Source: Methanobacterium sp.
GTDB taxonomy: Archaea; Methanobacteriota; Methanobacteria; Methanobacteriales; Methanobacteriaceae
DNA length: 10,669 nt
Direction of reading: 5' to 3'
Assembly: GCA_003166335.1 (NCBI GenBank)
Contig: PMWA01000051.1
Coordinates: 1 to 10,669 of the forward strand
Positions 1 through 7,294 of this stretch are shown here, piece by piece (the stretch's first letter is position 1; each line of letters opens with the position of its first letter). The position numbers and the translations under genes were made by a program. A model generated the notes under the pieces. That model did not search any database, had not been told where the DNA came from, and worked only from the letters and a program-made list of their open reading frames with translations.

Positions 1-1206
1 GCGGCGAATACGCCGATAACTTCGCCTTCTTCATCTCTATAAACAGATGCATTATACAAGACTGGAGTGTTATGTCCATTTTTATTCTGAATGTCAAGCG
101 GATAATTACGTACAAATCCTTCCTGGAATACTTGTTTATATCCTTTTCTGGCTTTCTCTGGTTCTGTGAAGTAATCAGAGAAATCAGTGCCAATAAGTTC
201 ATCTCTTGAAAGGCCAGTTACAGCTTCAGTGGAGTTATTAACGTCATTAATCTTCCCATTTGGACCAATAGTTACTAATGGATCTAAACTAGCCTCGATG
301 AGACTACGATTATATCTACTAGCAAGTTTAAGTTCCTTTTCATTACGTTTACGTTCGGTTATGTCACGTGCAGCAGCGAATACACCGATAACATTACCAT
401 ATTCATCTTTATAAATCGATGCATTATACACAACCGGTGTTAAGTGTCCGTCTTTATGTTTAATTTCTAACTCATAATTTCTTATGAATCCTTCCTGGAA
501 TACTTGTTTATATCCTTTTCTGGCTTTCTCTGGTTCGGTGAAGTAATCAGAGAAATCAGTGCCGATTAATTCATCTCGAGAATAACCTGTGACGGTTTCT
601 GTAGAGTTATTTACATCAGTAATCTTCCCATCAGAACCAATAGTAACAAAGGGATCTACACTAGCCTCTATCAAACTACGATTATAATTCCCTGATAATC
701 TAAGTTCTTCATTTACTGTTTGAAGTTCCTCGGTTGTAGTTTTCAATTCTTCATTTGCTGCTTGTAATTCCTCGGTTGTACTCTGTAATTCTTCATTAGA
801 GGATTCTAGGTTTTCGGCAAACTTTTGAATATTTTCTAGTAGTTTTTGCTTTTCTGCTTCTGCTTTTCTGCGTTCTGTTATGTCTCGGGCGGCGGCGAAT
901 ACGCCGATAACTTCATCATCTTCATCACGATAAACCGATGCATTATACAAAACCGGTGTTATCTGTCCATTTTTATGTTTAATTTCTAACTCATAATCTC
1001 GTACAAATCCTTCTTGGAATACTTGCTGATATCCTTCTCTAGCTTTCTCGGGTTCCGTGAAGTAATCTGAAAAATCAGTAAAGATAAGTTCATCACGTGA
1101 ATAACCGGTGACTGTTTCTGTGGAGTTATTTACATCGGTAATTTTCCCATTAGGACCAATTGTCACTAATGGATCAATATTAGCTTCAATCAAAGAACGG
1201 TTGTAA
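1..1206 (-). repeat. Three tandem intragenic PAS-domain repeats (~875-1206, ~355-690, 1-~315)
   Basis: Offsets of 519 and 372 bp between copies. 115-191 vs 487-563 are identical at 76/77 nt; 1-23 equals 892-914; 453-478 equals 972-997. Confidence 0.92.
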
Positions 1207-2117
1207 ATACTGGATAACCTTAAAGATTCTTGTATTTTCTTACGTTGATTATCAATTCTGTGGATAGGAATAATAGTACTCCAGAGTAATAATAACAAAA
1301 ATATAATTGTTGAAAATGCGAATAAAGCATACCCAAATGCTTGATCATAAAGATTAGCTTTCACCCCTAATTGCCATATTAATCCCAGTACAAATGGTAT
1401 AATAATAACTGCGGGTAATAAACGTCTTGCTATAGTGCCACCTAAACTTTTACTGTTTACAATGCTCATAATTCCAGTATCTGGACGGGCAAATAAGATG
1501 CCCAGAAATAGTAAAGCTAATGCTAATGCTGAATATAAAGCTATTGCTGTATATTGGGGCATATGATATAATGCAGACGATCCATATGCATAACCTATCA
1601 GGGCTAAGAGGGAAATTAAAGCACCTATAATGGCAAGTATTTGGACAGGTTCATAATCACGGATAGATTTTACATCAATTAATAAGAGAGCAACTCCCGC
1701 TATAAATAAGCTTAATGCAGCACTGAAACCCATCCGATTAGGTGAAGACGTGTTTAATGCTCCTGCAGCCTCTTTAAAGAGTATCTGATCTATTCCTATA
1801 TTTATGCCTAATAGGTACTCCATTAATGTTAATAATCCGATTAGGGCGGTTGCCAAAGCTAATATCTGGGCAATACGCTTGTTATTCTGATTTATTCTGT
1901 TAGTCTGCTGTAACCATAGTGAAAATCCAATAAATATAAATGCTAACCCTACATTAGTCTTAATGGTTGAAAAACCGGGACCAGGACTTTTAAGGATACT
2001 GATGTTAAATGCCCATCCAATAAGAACTAGAACACCTATTATAACTATAAGGATACCAGTAAATTCAGAAAAAGTTTTTAATCTGGCTACTAGGTTTTCG
2101 TTTACTTCATAATTCAT
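1..2117 (-). CDS. Membrane-anchored multi-PAS (PAS domain S-box) sensor protein, probably a histidine kinase; 3' end lies outside the window
   Basis: Manual translation from ATG at 2117: MNYEVNENLVARLKTFSEFTGILIVIIGVLVLIGWAFNIS... About 300 aa of multi-pass hydrophobic region, then three near-identical PAS/PAC units (YNRSLIEASxDPxVTIGxxGKITDVN...PVLYNASVYRDExxEVIGVFAAARDITER). The frame at base 3 matches the start frame. The kinase output domain is not visible and is inferred. Confidence 0.93.
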   Translation of the reverse strand, partial: MNYEVNENLVARLKTFSEFTGILIVIIGVLVLIGWAFNISILKSPGPGFSTIKTNVGLAFIFIGFSLWLQQTNRINQNNKRIAQILALATALIGLLTLMEYLLGINIGIDQILFKEAAGALNTSSPNRMGFSAALSLFIAGVALLLIDVKSIRDYEPVQILAIIGALISLLALIGYAYGSSALYHMPQYTAIALYSALALALLFLGILFARPDTGIMSIVNSKSLGGTIARRLLPAVIIIPFVLGLIWQLGVKANLYDQAFGYALFAFSTIIFLLLLLWSTIIPIHRIDNQRKKIQESLRLSSIYNRSLIEANIDPLVTIGPNGKITDVNNSTETVTGYSRDELIFTDFSDYFTEPEKAREGYQQVFQEGFVRDYELEIKHKNGQITPVLYNASVYRDEDDEVIGVFAAARDITERRKAEAEKQKLLENIQKFAENLESSNEELQSTTEELQAANEELKTTTEELQTVNEELRLSGNYNRSLIEASVDPFVTIGSDGKITDVNNSTETVTGYSRDELIGTDFSDYFTEPEKARKGYKQVFQEGFIRNYELEIKHKDGHLTPVVYNASIYKDEYGNVIGVFAAARDITERKRNEKELKLASRYNRSLIEASLDPLVTIGPNGKINDVNNSTEAVTGLSRDELIGTDFSDYFTEPEKARKGYKQVFQEGFVRNYPLDIQNKNGHNTPVLYNASVYRDEEGEVIGVFA
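700..800 (-). repeat. 21/42-bp periodic repeat encoding the heptad coiled coil SNEELQSTTEELQAANEELKTTTEELQTVNEEL
   Basis: ttcctcggttgta at 726-738 and 768-780; ttcttcatt at 705-713, 747-755 and 789-797 (42-bp period). Confidence 0.85.
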
Positions 2118-2467
2118 GTTGTCACTGATATTTATGGATTTAAATTAATTTCAGATTAAATTTAATTTAATTTCTTAATTAGAATAACAATTAAAATATA
2201 TTAACCTACAACTTTTTTCATCTATAAAGCTATTTATATAAATTTTTTTTGTTTTCTTTCTTTCGAGATTAAATTCTTTTTTAAACTAAAAAAAAATAGT
2301 ATAATAATTAGAATGGTTAGGAAGCTTAAAAATTTGAGAAATTAAAATAAAATATGGTCAAAATAACATTTAATGATGAAAAGAATTTCTTTAGATTTCT
2401 AATTTGATTAAATTAATGAATAAAAAATAGCATCATTCAAATAATTTTTTTTAAAAAAGGTTTAATG

Positions 2468-2500
2468 GCTAATAAAAACATTTGAATGGTTTTTATTAGC
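2468..2500 (-). terminator. 12-bp inverted repeat downstream of the Met-rich gene, putative terminator
   Basis: gctaataaaaac (2468-2479) and gtttttattagc (2489-2500) with a 9-nt loop. It lies 46 nt past the stop codon and is followed on the - strand by a T-tract. Confidence 0.55.
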
Positions 2501-2546
2501 TTTGATGGATTTTTTTTAGTTAGTAGATATTTTACTTTATTTACCT

Positions 2547-2747
2547 TTACATTTTGCCTTTTAACCAGTCACGTAGCCATTTAGTGTATTCAAGTTTTTG
2601 TTCTAATGCCATTACTTTCATATCCATTTTTTTAACAGCCATCATTTTCTTTTCATCTTCGGTCATCATTTCTACTAACCATTCCATCATCATGTCTTTT
2701 TTACCCATACCCATCATCATTTCATGTTTTTCTCTTCCAAATGCCAT
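2547..2747 (-). CDS. Small Met/Lys-rich hypothetical protein (66 aa, 16 Met)
   Basis: Strong archaeal RBS AGGTGA just upstream (reverse complement of tcacct at 2754-2759), BRE/TATA upstream and a hairpin downstream. The C-terminal half looks like an amphipathic helix or coiled coil. Confidence 0.85.
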   Translation of the reverse strand: MAFGREKHEMMMGMGKKDMMMEWLVEMMTEDEKKMMAVKKMDMKVMALEQKLEYTKWLRDWLKGKM

Positions 2748-2846
2748 TTTATATCACCTATCACCAATTTTTTTTAGAGCGAATATTTAAATTATTTCAT
2801 TTTTAATCAGCTAAATTCGCCCTAATACATTATTGTACACCGTAAT

Positions 2847-2860
2847 TTATATAATTTCCG
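2847..2860 (-). promoter_or_regulatory. BRE + TATA box for the Met-rich gene
   Basis: The - strand reads CGGAAA-TTATATAA, matching the archaeal BRE/TATA arrangement about 100 nt upstream of the ATG. Confidence 0.6.
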
Positions 2861-3032
2861 GGTTATTAAATTTAATATTATTATTAAAAAATTTAAATGT
2901 GGTAAAAAAATTTGTATTTACAGTTCACTTTTAATGTTCTTTATTACACTGGAAGTGCACGTCTAACTGTAGATGAGTTTACCAACATATCAAAAAAAAT
3001 TTAATAATTCTTTAATTTCGAGATGATCTCAT

Positions 3033-3146
3033 TCAACCTACAGAGGGAGGAGATGAAAGTGATATGATCATATTTGAAATAATATACAGAAAGATAATAA
3101 TGATCATTATAACTATCAACCAGTAAATTATCCGCCGTCTTTGTAT
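3033..3146 (-). CDS. Putative 37-aa single-pass membrane peptide with non-canonical ATA start (or remnant of a membrane-anchored gene)
   Basis: AGGAG (3157-3153) lies 6 nt before ATA. Translation (M)QRRRIIYWLIVIMIIIIFLYIISNMIISLSSPPSVG*. TTTATAAA at 3192-3199 upstream. Confidence 0.35.
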   Translation of the reverse strand: MQRRRIIYWLIVIMIIIIFLYIISNMIISLSSPPSVG

Positions 3147-3416
3147 ATAACTCTCCTAAATTATTATTTTAGAAAATTTTATGAAATAATATTTATAAAA
3201 ATTTAAATTTTTTTTATATCAACTGGTACCAAAATGCATGGGAAAATTTTAATATATTTTTGAAAATAATACGTAACCTATTCACAATTCACGTTAACAA
3301 TTGTTAATCAAATTATAGTTCCATGCACGATAAATAAATTTGAGATTTAAAAAACAAAAAATCAGCAATTCAAATTCCAACTAAAACATTTAAATCTGTT
3401 ATACCTCCCATTAACT

Positions 3417-4700
3417 TTATGTAGGGAGCAATGAAGGAAATAATGAAGATACCACTAAGAAAACAGTTAAACTTATCACAATTACAACTGCTGCCCCAGC
3501 TACAATATTATATAACTTTGAGTTTACATATTCACCCATTATCTTCTTATCATTAATGATTAGAAGCATGAATATTAGACAAAATGGAATTATAATACCA
3601 TTAAAAACCTGAGAGAAGTATAATATTGAAAGTAACGGTGCATTAGGAATCAAGATAATAATAACCGCCAGTAATATAAGTCCCAAATATAATCCATGAA
3701 ATACTGGTGCTTCTCTAAAGCCTTTGTTAACCCCTGATTCCAATCCCAAACTTTCACAAACCAAATATGCAGTAGCCAAAGGTACGATGCTTGCTGAAAA
3801 TAATGAGGCGTTTAAGAATCCAAATGCAAATAATAAACTTGCATAATTCCCAGCAAGAGGAACCAATGCTTTTGAAATATCTGCAACAGTATTCACAGGA
3901 ATACCATGAATAAATATAGTAGCTGCACAAGCTAATACTATAAAAAAACCTATAATACTTTCCACTAAGGCTCCAGATACAGCATCAATTTTAGAGTATG
4001 CCAAGTTTTTTAATGTAACTTCTTTCTCTACAATCGCAGCTTGAATATAAAACATTTGCCATGGAGCTATTGTAGCTCCAATCATACCTACAAACATGGT
4101 AATATACACAGTACTTACCATTAAATGTGGTAATACCATACTTTTAGCTGCTAGACCCCAATTTGGCCCTGCAAGAATTCCCGCTGCAATATAAGTCACA
4201 TAAATTGCTGATGCCACTAAAAATATTTTTTCAACATTTTTATAGTTACCTTTAACTATAAGAAGCCAAATAGACACCGCAGCAACCGGTAAAGCAAAAA
4301 GTAAAGGTACATTAAATATACCGGCACTTACAGCTATTCCTGAAAATTCACCGAGCACATTTCCGAAATTGCATAATACCAGAGCAACTACCAGTACGAG
4401 GGTAATTCTAATCCCCATTTTTTGACGTATAAGATCTATAAGCCCTTTTTTAGATACAATACCTAATCTAACTCCCATCTCTTGAATAAGAGCTAAAAGC
4501 ACGAACATTGGAATGAATAACCATAATATATTATATCCAAATTGTGAACCTGCCAATGAAAAAGTGGTAATTGATCCCGCATCATTACACACATTAGCAG
4601 TAATTATTCCCGGCCCCATTACACTTAAAAAAATAATTAAACTTATTATAAGGGGACTTTGGAAGATTCTGCGATAAATTATAGAATTTTTAAAATCCAT
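3417..4700 (-). CDS. Nramp/SLC11-family divalent metal transporter, Nramp-related (NRMT-like) clade
   Basis: 427 aa with about 11 hydrophobic segments. GPGIITANVCNDAGS in TM1 replaces MntH DPGN, and GATIAPWQMF in TM6 replaces the MPH motif. QEMGVRLG motif present. AGGAG at 4718-4714; 24 nt downstream of the MgtE-N/CBS gene. Confidence 0.92.
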   Translation of the reverse strand: MDFKNSIIYRRIFQSPLIISLIIFLSVMGPGIITANVCNDAGSITTFSLAGSQFGYNILWLFIPMFVLLALIQEMGVRLGIVSKKGLIDLIRQKMGIRITLVLVVALVLCNFGNVLGEFSGIAVSAGIFNVPLLFALPVAAVSIWLLIVKGNYKNVEKIFLVASAIYVTYIAAGILAGPNWGLAAKSMVLPHLMVSTVYITMFVGMIGATIAPWQMFYIQAAIVEKEVTLKNLAYSKIDAVSGALVESIIGFFIVLACAATIFIHGIPVNTVADISKALVPLAGNYASLLFAFGFLNASLFSASIVPLATAYLVCESLGLESGVNKGFREAPVFHGLYLGLILLAVIIILIPNAPLLSILYFSQVFNGIIIPFCLIFMLLIINDKKIMGEYVNSKLYNIVAGAAVVIVISLTVFLVVSSLFPSLLPT

Positions 4701-4724
4701 TTAAATAATAAAACTCCTTTTTTA

Positions 4725-5966
4725 TTAATTTCCAAACATTCTTGGAACTTTCTTCTTCCAAACATCCGTTGAAATAATGTCTACTACATCATCAACAGTG
4801 ATAATGCCCCTTAATTTCGTGCCATCCTCAACAACGGGTAAGGCTAATAAACTATATTTAGCAATCTTATGGGCAACCTCATCCCGATCCTCTAAGATAT
4901 CAGCTTTAATTATATGAGCCTGCATAAAATCAGTGATCGTCTTATCAGGATCTGCTAGTAAAATATCTCTTAAAGAAGTTACTCCCACCAAGTCACCATT
5001 TTTAGAAGTAACATAAACATAATAAATGGTTTCAACGTTTTTAGCTATTTCACGGAGAGATTCCATCACTTCCCTGCCGGTCAAGTCTTGATCCACATGC
5101 GCATATTCTGTGGTCATGATTCCTCCGGCAGTGTTTTGGTGATACTTCAGTAATTTTTTTATATCGTCAGATTCTTCGGGTTCCATTAAATTTAGGAGTT
5201 CTTCAGCTTTTTCTTTGGATGAATCACCGATTACGTCTGCAGCGTGATCAGGATTCATTTTATCCAATATTTCAGCGGCACGTTGACCATTCATACCCTC
5301 CAAAAGTGAAACTTGCCTCTCCGGGGAGACATTCTTTAGAGTATCAGCCGCAGTTTCATAATCAAGGCAATTAAAAAAAGTTAATGATTCATTAACACTT
5401 AATTGTCCCATTATTTCAGCTATATCTGCAGGGTGGAGTTTTTTTATTTTTTGTTTAGGAACTTTTAATTTCAAATTACAATAATCTGTATTTAAGGTGT
5501 CTATATTTTCCCAAGCGATGATATTATCATCTGGATTTACACCAAGTGGTTTTGCGATACCTGCCAATCGAAATCTCTTTAAAATACCATAAAAACCATT
5601 ATCGATACCAATAACATGGTAATGACCATTAATTGAGGATATTATAATGTCGTTCACTCTTTTAACCTTTTTATCCTCAATATCTACAACCTGATGATCA
5701 AGAACATCTTCTACTAATTTTATATCTGACTTTTTAATCTTATAATTAGTGATATCTTTTAATTTACTTTTAAGCTTAATTTTCTTCTCTAATTCATTTA
5801 TATGAGTGCATGGGATGTTAATTATTTTTTTATTAGAGGTAACCACAGTTATGGCTTTTATATTGGGATCTGAACTATCTGGGGATACTATAATATCTTT
5901 CAGTTTTCCTATTTTTTTTCCAATGGAATCAGTAACTGATTTTTTGATTAAATCACTCAGATACAA
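4725..5966 (-). CDS. Soluble PRC-barrel + MgtE intracellular N-domain + CBS-pair protein (no transmembrane domain)
   Basis: TTG start with GAGGTGA RBS (5979-5973). PRC-barrel-like N-terminus (GKKIGKLKDIIV), LHPADIAEI (MgtE_N), TAGGIMTTEY and GIITVDDVVD (CBS pair). The protein ends about 17 aa after the CBS pair with no MgtE membrane domain. Confidence 0.9.
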   Translation of the reverse strand: MYLSDLIKKSVTDSIGKKIGKLKDIIVSPDSSDPNIKAITVVTSNKKIINIPCTHINELEKKIKLKSKLKDITNYKIKKSDIKLVEDVLDHQVVDIEDKKVKRVNDIIISSINGHYHVIGIDNGFYGILKRFRLAGIAKPLGVNPDDNIIAWENIDTLNTDYCNLKLKVPKQKIKKLHPADIAEIMGQLSVNESLTFFNCLDYETAADTLKNVSPERQVSLLEGMNGQRAAEILDKMNPDHAADVIGDSSKEKAEELLNLMEPEESDDIKKLLKYHQNTAGGIMTTEYAHVDQDLTGREVMESLREIAKNVETIYYVYVTSKNGDLVGVTSLRDILLADPDKTITDFMQAHIIKADILEDRDEVAHKIAKYSLLALPVVEDGTKLRGIITVDDVVDIISTDVWKKKVPRMFGN

Positions 5967-6104
5967 AAGTTTTCACCTCATTTTAATGTTGAATAGGGGT
6001 TTCTTAATGCTGAAGTGGAGAATCATAAAATTTTTCCACTATACTTTATAAAAATTAAACTAAACTTGATTATTAAATCCGAAATCCAAACATATTAGAA
6101 ATTT

Positions 6105-6143
6105 TTAGGCATGCCTAATTAACATTTTGTTAGGTATACCTAA
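6105..6143. promoter_or_regulatory. Tandem perfect 14-bp palindromes TTAGGCATGCCTAA (6105-6118) and TTAGGTATACCTAA (6130-6143): putative DtxR/SirR/MntR-family operators
   Basis: Two perfect palindromes share TTAGG-N4-CCTAA, 25 bp apart, directly downstream of a TATA box facing the MgtE-N/Nramp operon. They resemble the staphylococcal SirR box TTAGGTTAACCTAA. Confidence 0.75.
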
Positions 6144-6155
6144 ATATTTTATATT

Positions 6156-6170
6156 ATATATAATTTACCC
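6156..6170 (-). promoter_or_regulatory. BRE/TATA of the MgtE-N/Nramp operon
   Basis: The - strand reads GGGTAAA-TTATATAT. The predicted start site near 6135 falls inside the 6130-6143 palindrome. Confidence 0.6.
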
Positions 6171-6226
6171 TACTATACAATCAATAAAAAAAATAGCAAA
6201 TTCTAAATCATAAAACCCGTGCCACA

Positions 6227-6267
6227 ATTTTAAAGCTGGGCATAATGAAATCTAACAGCTTTAAAAT
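6227..6267. terminator. 12-bp perfect inverted repeat downstream of arsR, possible terminator or insulator
   Basis: attttaaagctg (6227-6238) and cagctttaaaat (6256-6267) with a 17-nt loop. A long T-tract follows on the - strand at 6186-6193. Confidence 0.4.
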
Positions 6268-6441
6268 GATCAGTGTTTATAAGACTTTCAAAACTTATAT
6301 TAAACGTTAATGAAATAATAAAAAGACTAAGAAGAAGTGATGCTAAAGAAATTGAAAAAATAAATCATGCTTAGACCAGTATAAACTTTGATATAATTTA
6401 TCAAAAAACTTAGAGATTAAAGATAAATTTTAGCCGTTTTT

Positions 6442-6801
6442 TTATAGTTTTTCTTTGGTGTGCTCTACTCCTAATTCAATCATTGCAACAACATGCTCAT
6501 CTGCAAGAAAATAACAAGCCATTTTACCTTCTTTTCTGAATTTAACTAAATTTTTACTTCTTAAAACTCGAAGCTGATGAGAAATAGCTGATTGACTCAT
6601 ATCAAGCACTGCAGCTAAATCACAAACACATAAATCCTTTTGAGATAAAGCATATAAAATTTTAAGCCTTGTAGAATCGCCGAATACCTTAAAATTATCA
6701 GATACTTCAAAAAGAAATTCATCTTCAAGCATTTTAGATTTGATTTTATTAACCTCATCTTCATGCACATATACAATTTCACAAATATCTTTTTCAGCCA
6801 T
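6442..6801 (-). CDS. ArsR/SmtB-family metal-sensing repressor, CadC/ZiaR-like
   Basis: 119 aa with the helix-turn-helix [13 protein letters not shown]...LCVCDLA...[14 protein letters not shown]7, C58 and C60 (alpha3N site) and D101, H103, H114 and E117 (alpha5 site) are spaced as in S. aureus CadC. Confidence 0.95.
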   Translation of the reverse strand: MAEKDICEIVYVHEDEVNKIKSKMLEDEFLFEVSDNFKVFGDSTRLKILYALSQKDLCVCDLAAVLDMSQSAISHQLRVLRSKNLVKFRKEGKMACYFLADEHVVAMIELGVEHTKEKL

Positions 6802-6938
6802 AATAGAATATAATGATCATATAAATTGTATAAAATTTTTGGTTCTCACTCTTTTTATCTTCTTTTATTTAATTTCAGTATAATAGTGAATATTTGATTT
6901 TTTATTTTTCCATTTAGATCTAATAATGACCCTAAACA

Positions 6939-6975
6939 TTTATATATAAATCAATTGAACATGTATTCATATGAT
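6939..6975 (+). promoter_or_regulatory. TATA box (6939-6946) followed by SmtB/CadC-type 12-2-12 operator (6950-6975)
   Basis: TTTATATA, then ATCAATTGAACA-TG-TATTCATATGAT, which contains the TGAACA-N2-TATTCA core typical of SmtB/CzrA/CadC operators and overlaps the expected transcription start. Confidence 0.8.
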
Positions 6976-7285
6976 AATATGTTGATGTGAATAAAAATGA
7001 ATACATGAAAATACTGATAAAAACGGTAAAATCTTAAATTATCGATAATAAGCAATTTTAAAGAATTTTAAGACTTTAAATTATAGGAGACTCAACCTGA
7101 ACGAGAATATTGAGTACATTGTTATAAAAAGAGTTTTATGTAAGTTATTTAGCAGGGTACTGGACATGATCCGTCCTCAATTCAGATTAATGAATGGTAG
7201 GAATATGGTTAAATTCAGGAAAAAGGTAGAATAGCCGATTATTTCTTAGCAGATTAACAGTTGGATCAAATTAATTAAAATAGGT
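6971..7285 (+). pseudogene. Decayed arsR/cadC-like repressor gene upstream of the P1B ATPase
   Basis: Colinear fragments across frames: MIIC*CE*K*IHEN (6971-), IGDST*TRILSTLL*KEFYVSYLA (7083-7154), VLDM...QFRLMNGRNMVKFRK (7157-7222), [10 protein letters not shown] (7225-7257), IKLIKIG (to 7285). These align with [65 protein letters not shown] and VAMIELG of the intact neighbour. Confidence 0.85.
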
Positions 7286-7294
7286 TTTTTTATT

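Noticed and set aside
187..414. 75-aa + strand ORF from the track
   Set aside because: Antisense shadow of the PAS sensor gene.
1..1206. Direct repeats as a CRISPR array or mobile element
   Set aside because: They are in-frame protein-domain repeats with no spacer structure, terminal repeats or transposase.
2554..2790. 78-aa hydrophobic + strand ORF
   Set aside because: Antisense to the Met-rich gene, which has the RBS, promoter and terminator.
2826..2837. TACA-N4-TGTA near the Met-rich gene start site as a cop box
   Set aside because: The CopY box is TACA-N2-TGTA; the spacing is wrong and no CopY gene is present.
3062..3111. ATGATCAT palindromes and a Fur-box-like 19-mer (3093-3111, 16/19 match)
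   Set aside because: Not positioned at a clear promoter, expected by chance in AT-rich DNA, and explainable as Met-Ile-Ile codons of the putative micropeptide.
3294..3307. Perfect palindrome TTAACAATTGTTAA
   Set aside because: Single AT-rich copy with no associated promoter or second site.
3370..3412. GGGAGGT just after the Nramp stop, with a 13-codon ORF
   Set aside because: No start codon at suitable spacing after the RBS-like motif, and the ORF is too short to support.
5806..6051. 81-aa + strand ORF
   Set aside because: Antisense overlap with the MgtE-N gene start and leader; no RBS or recognisable motif.
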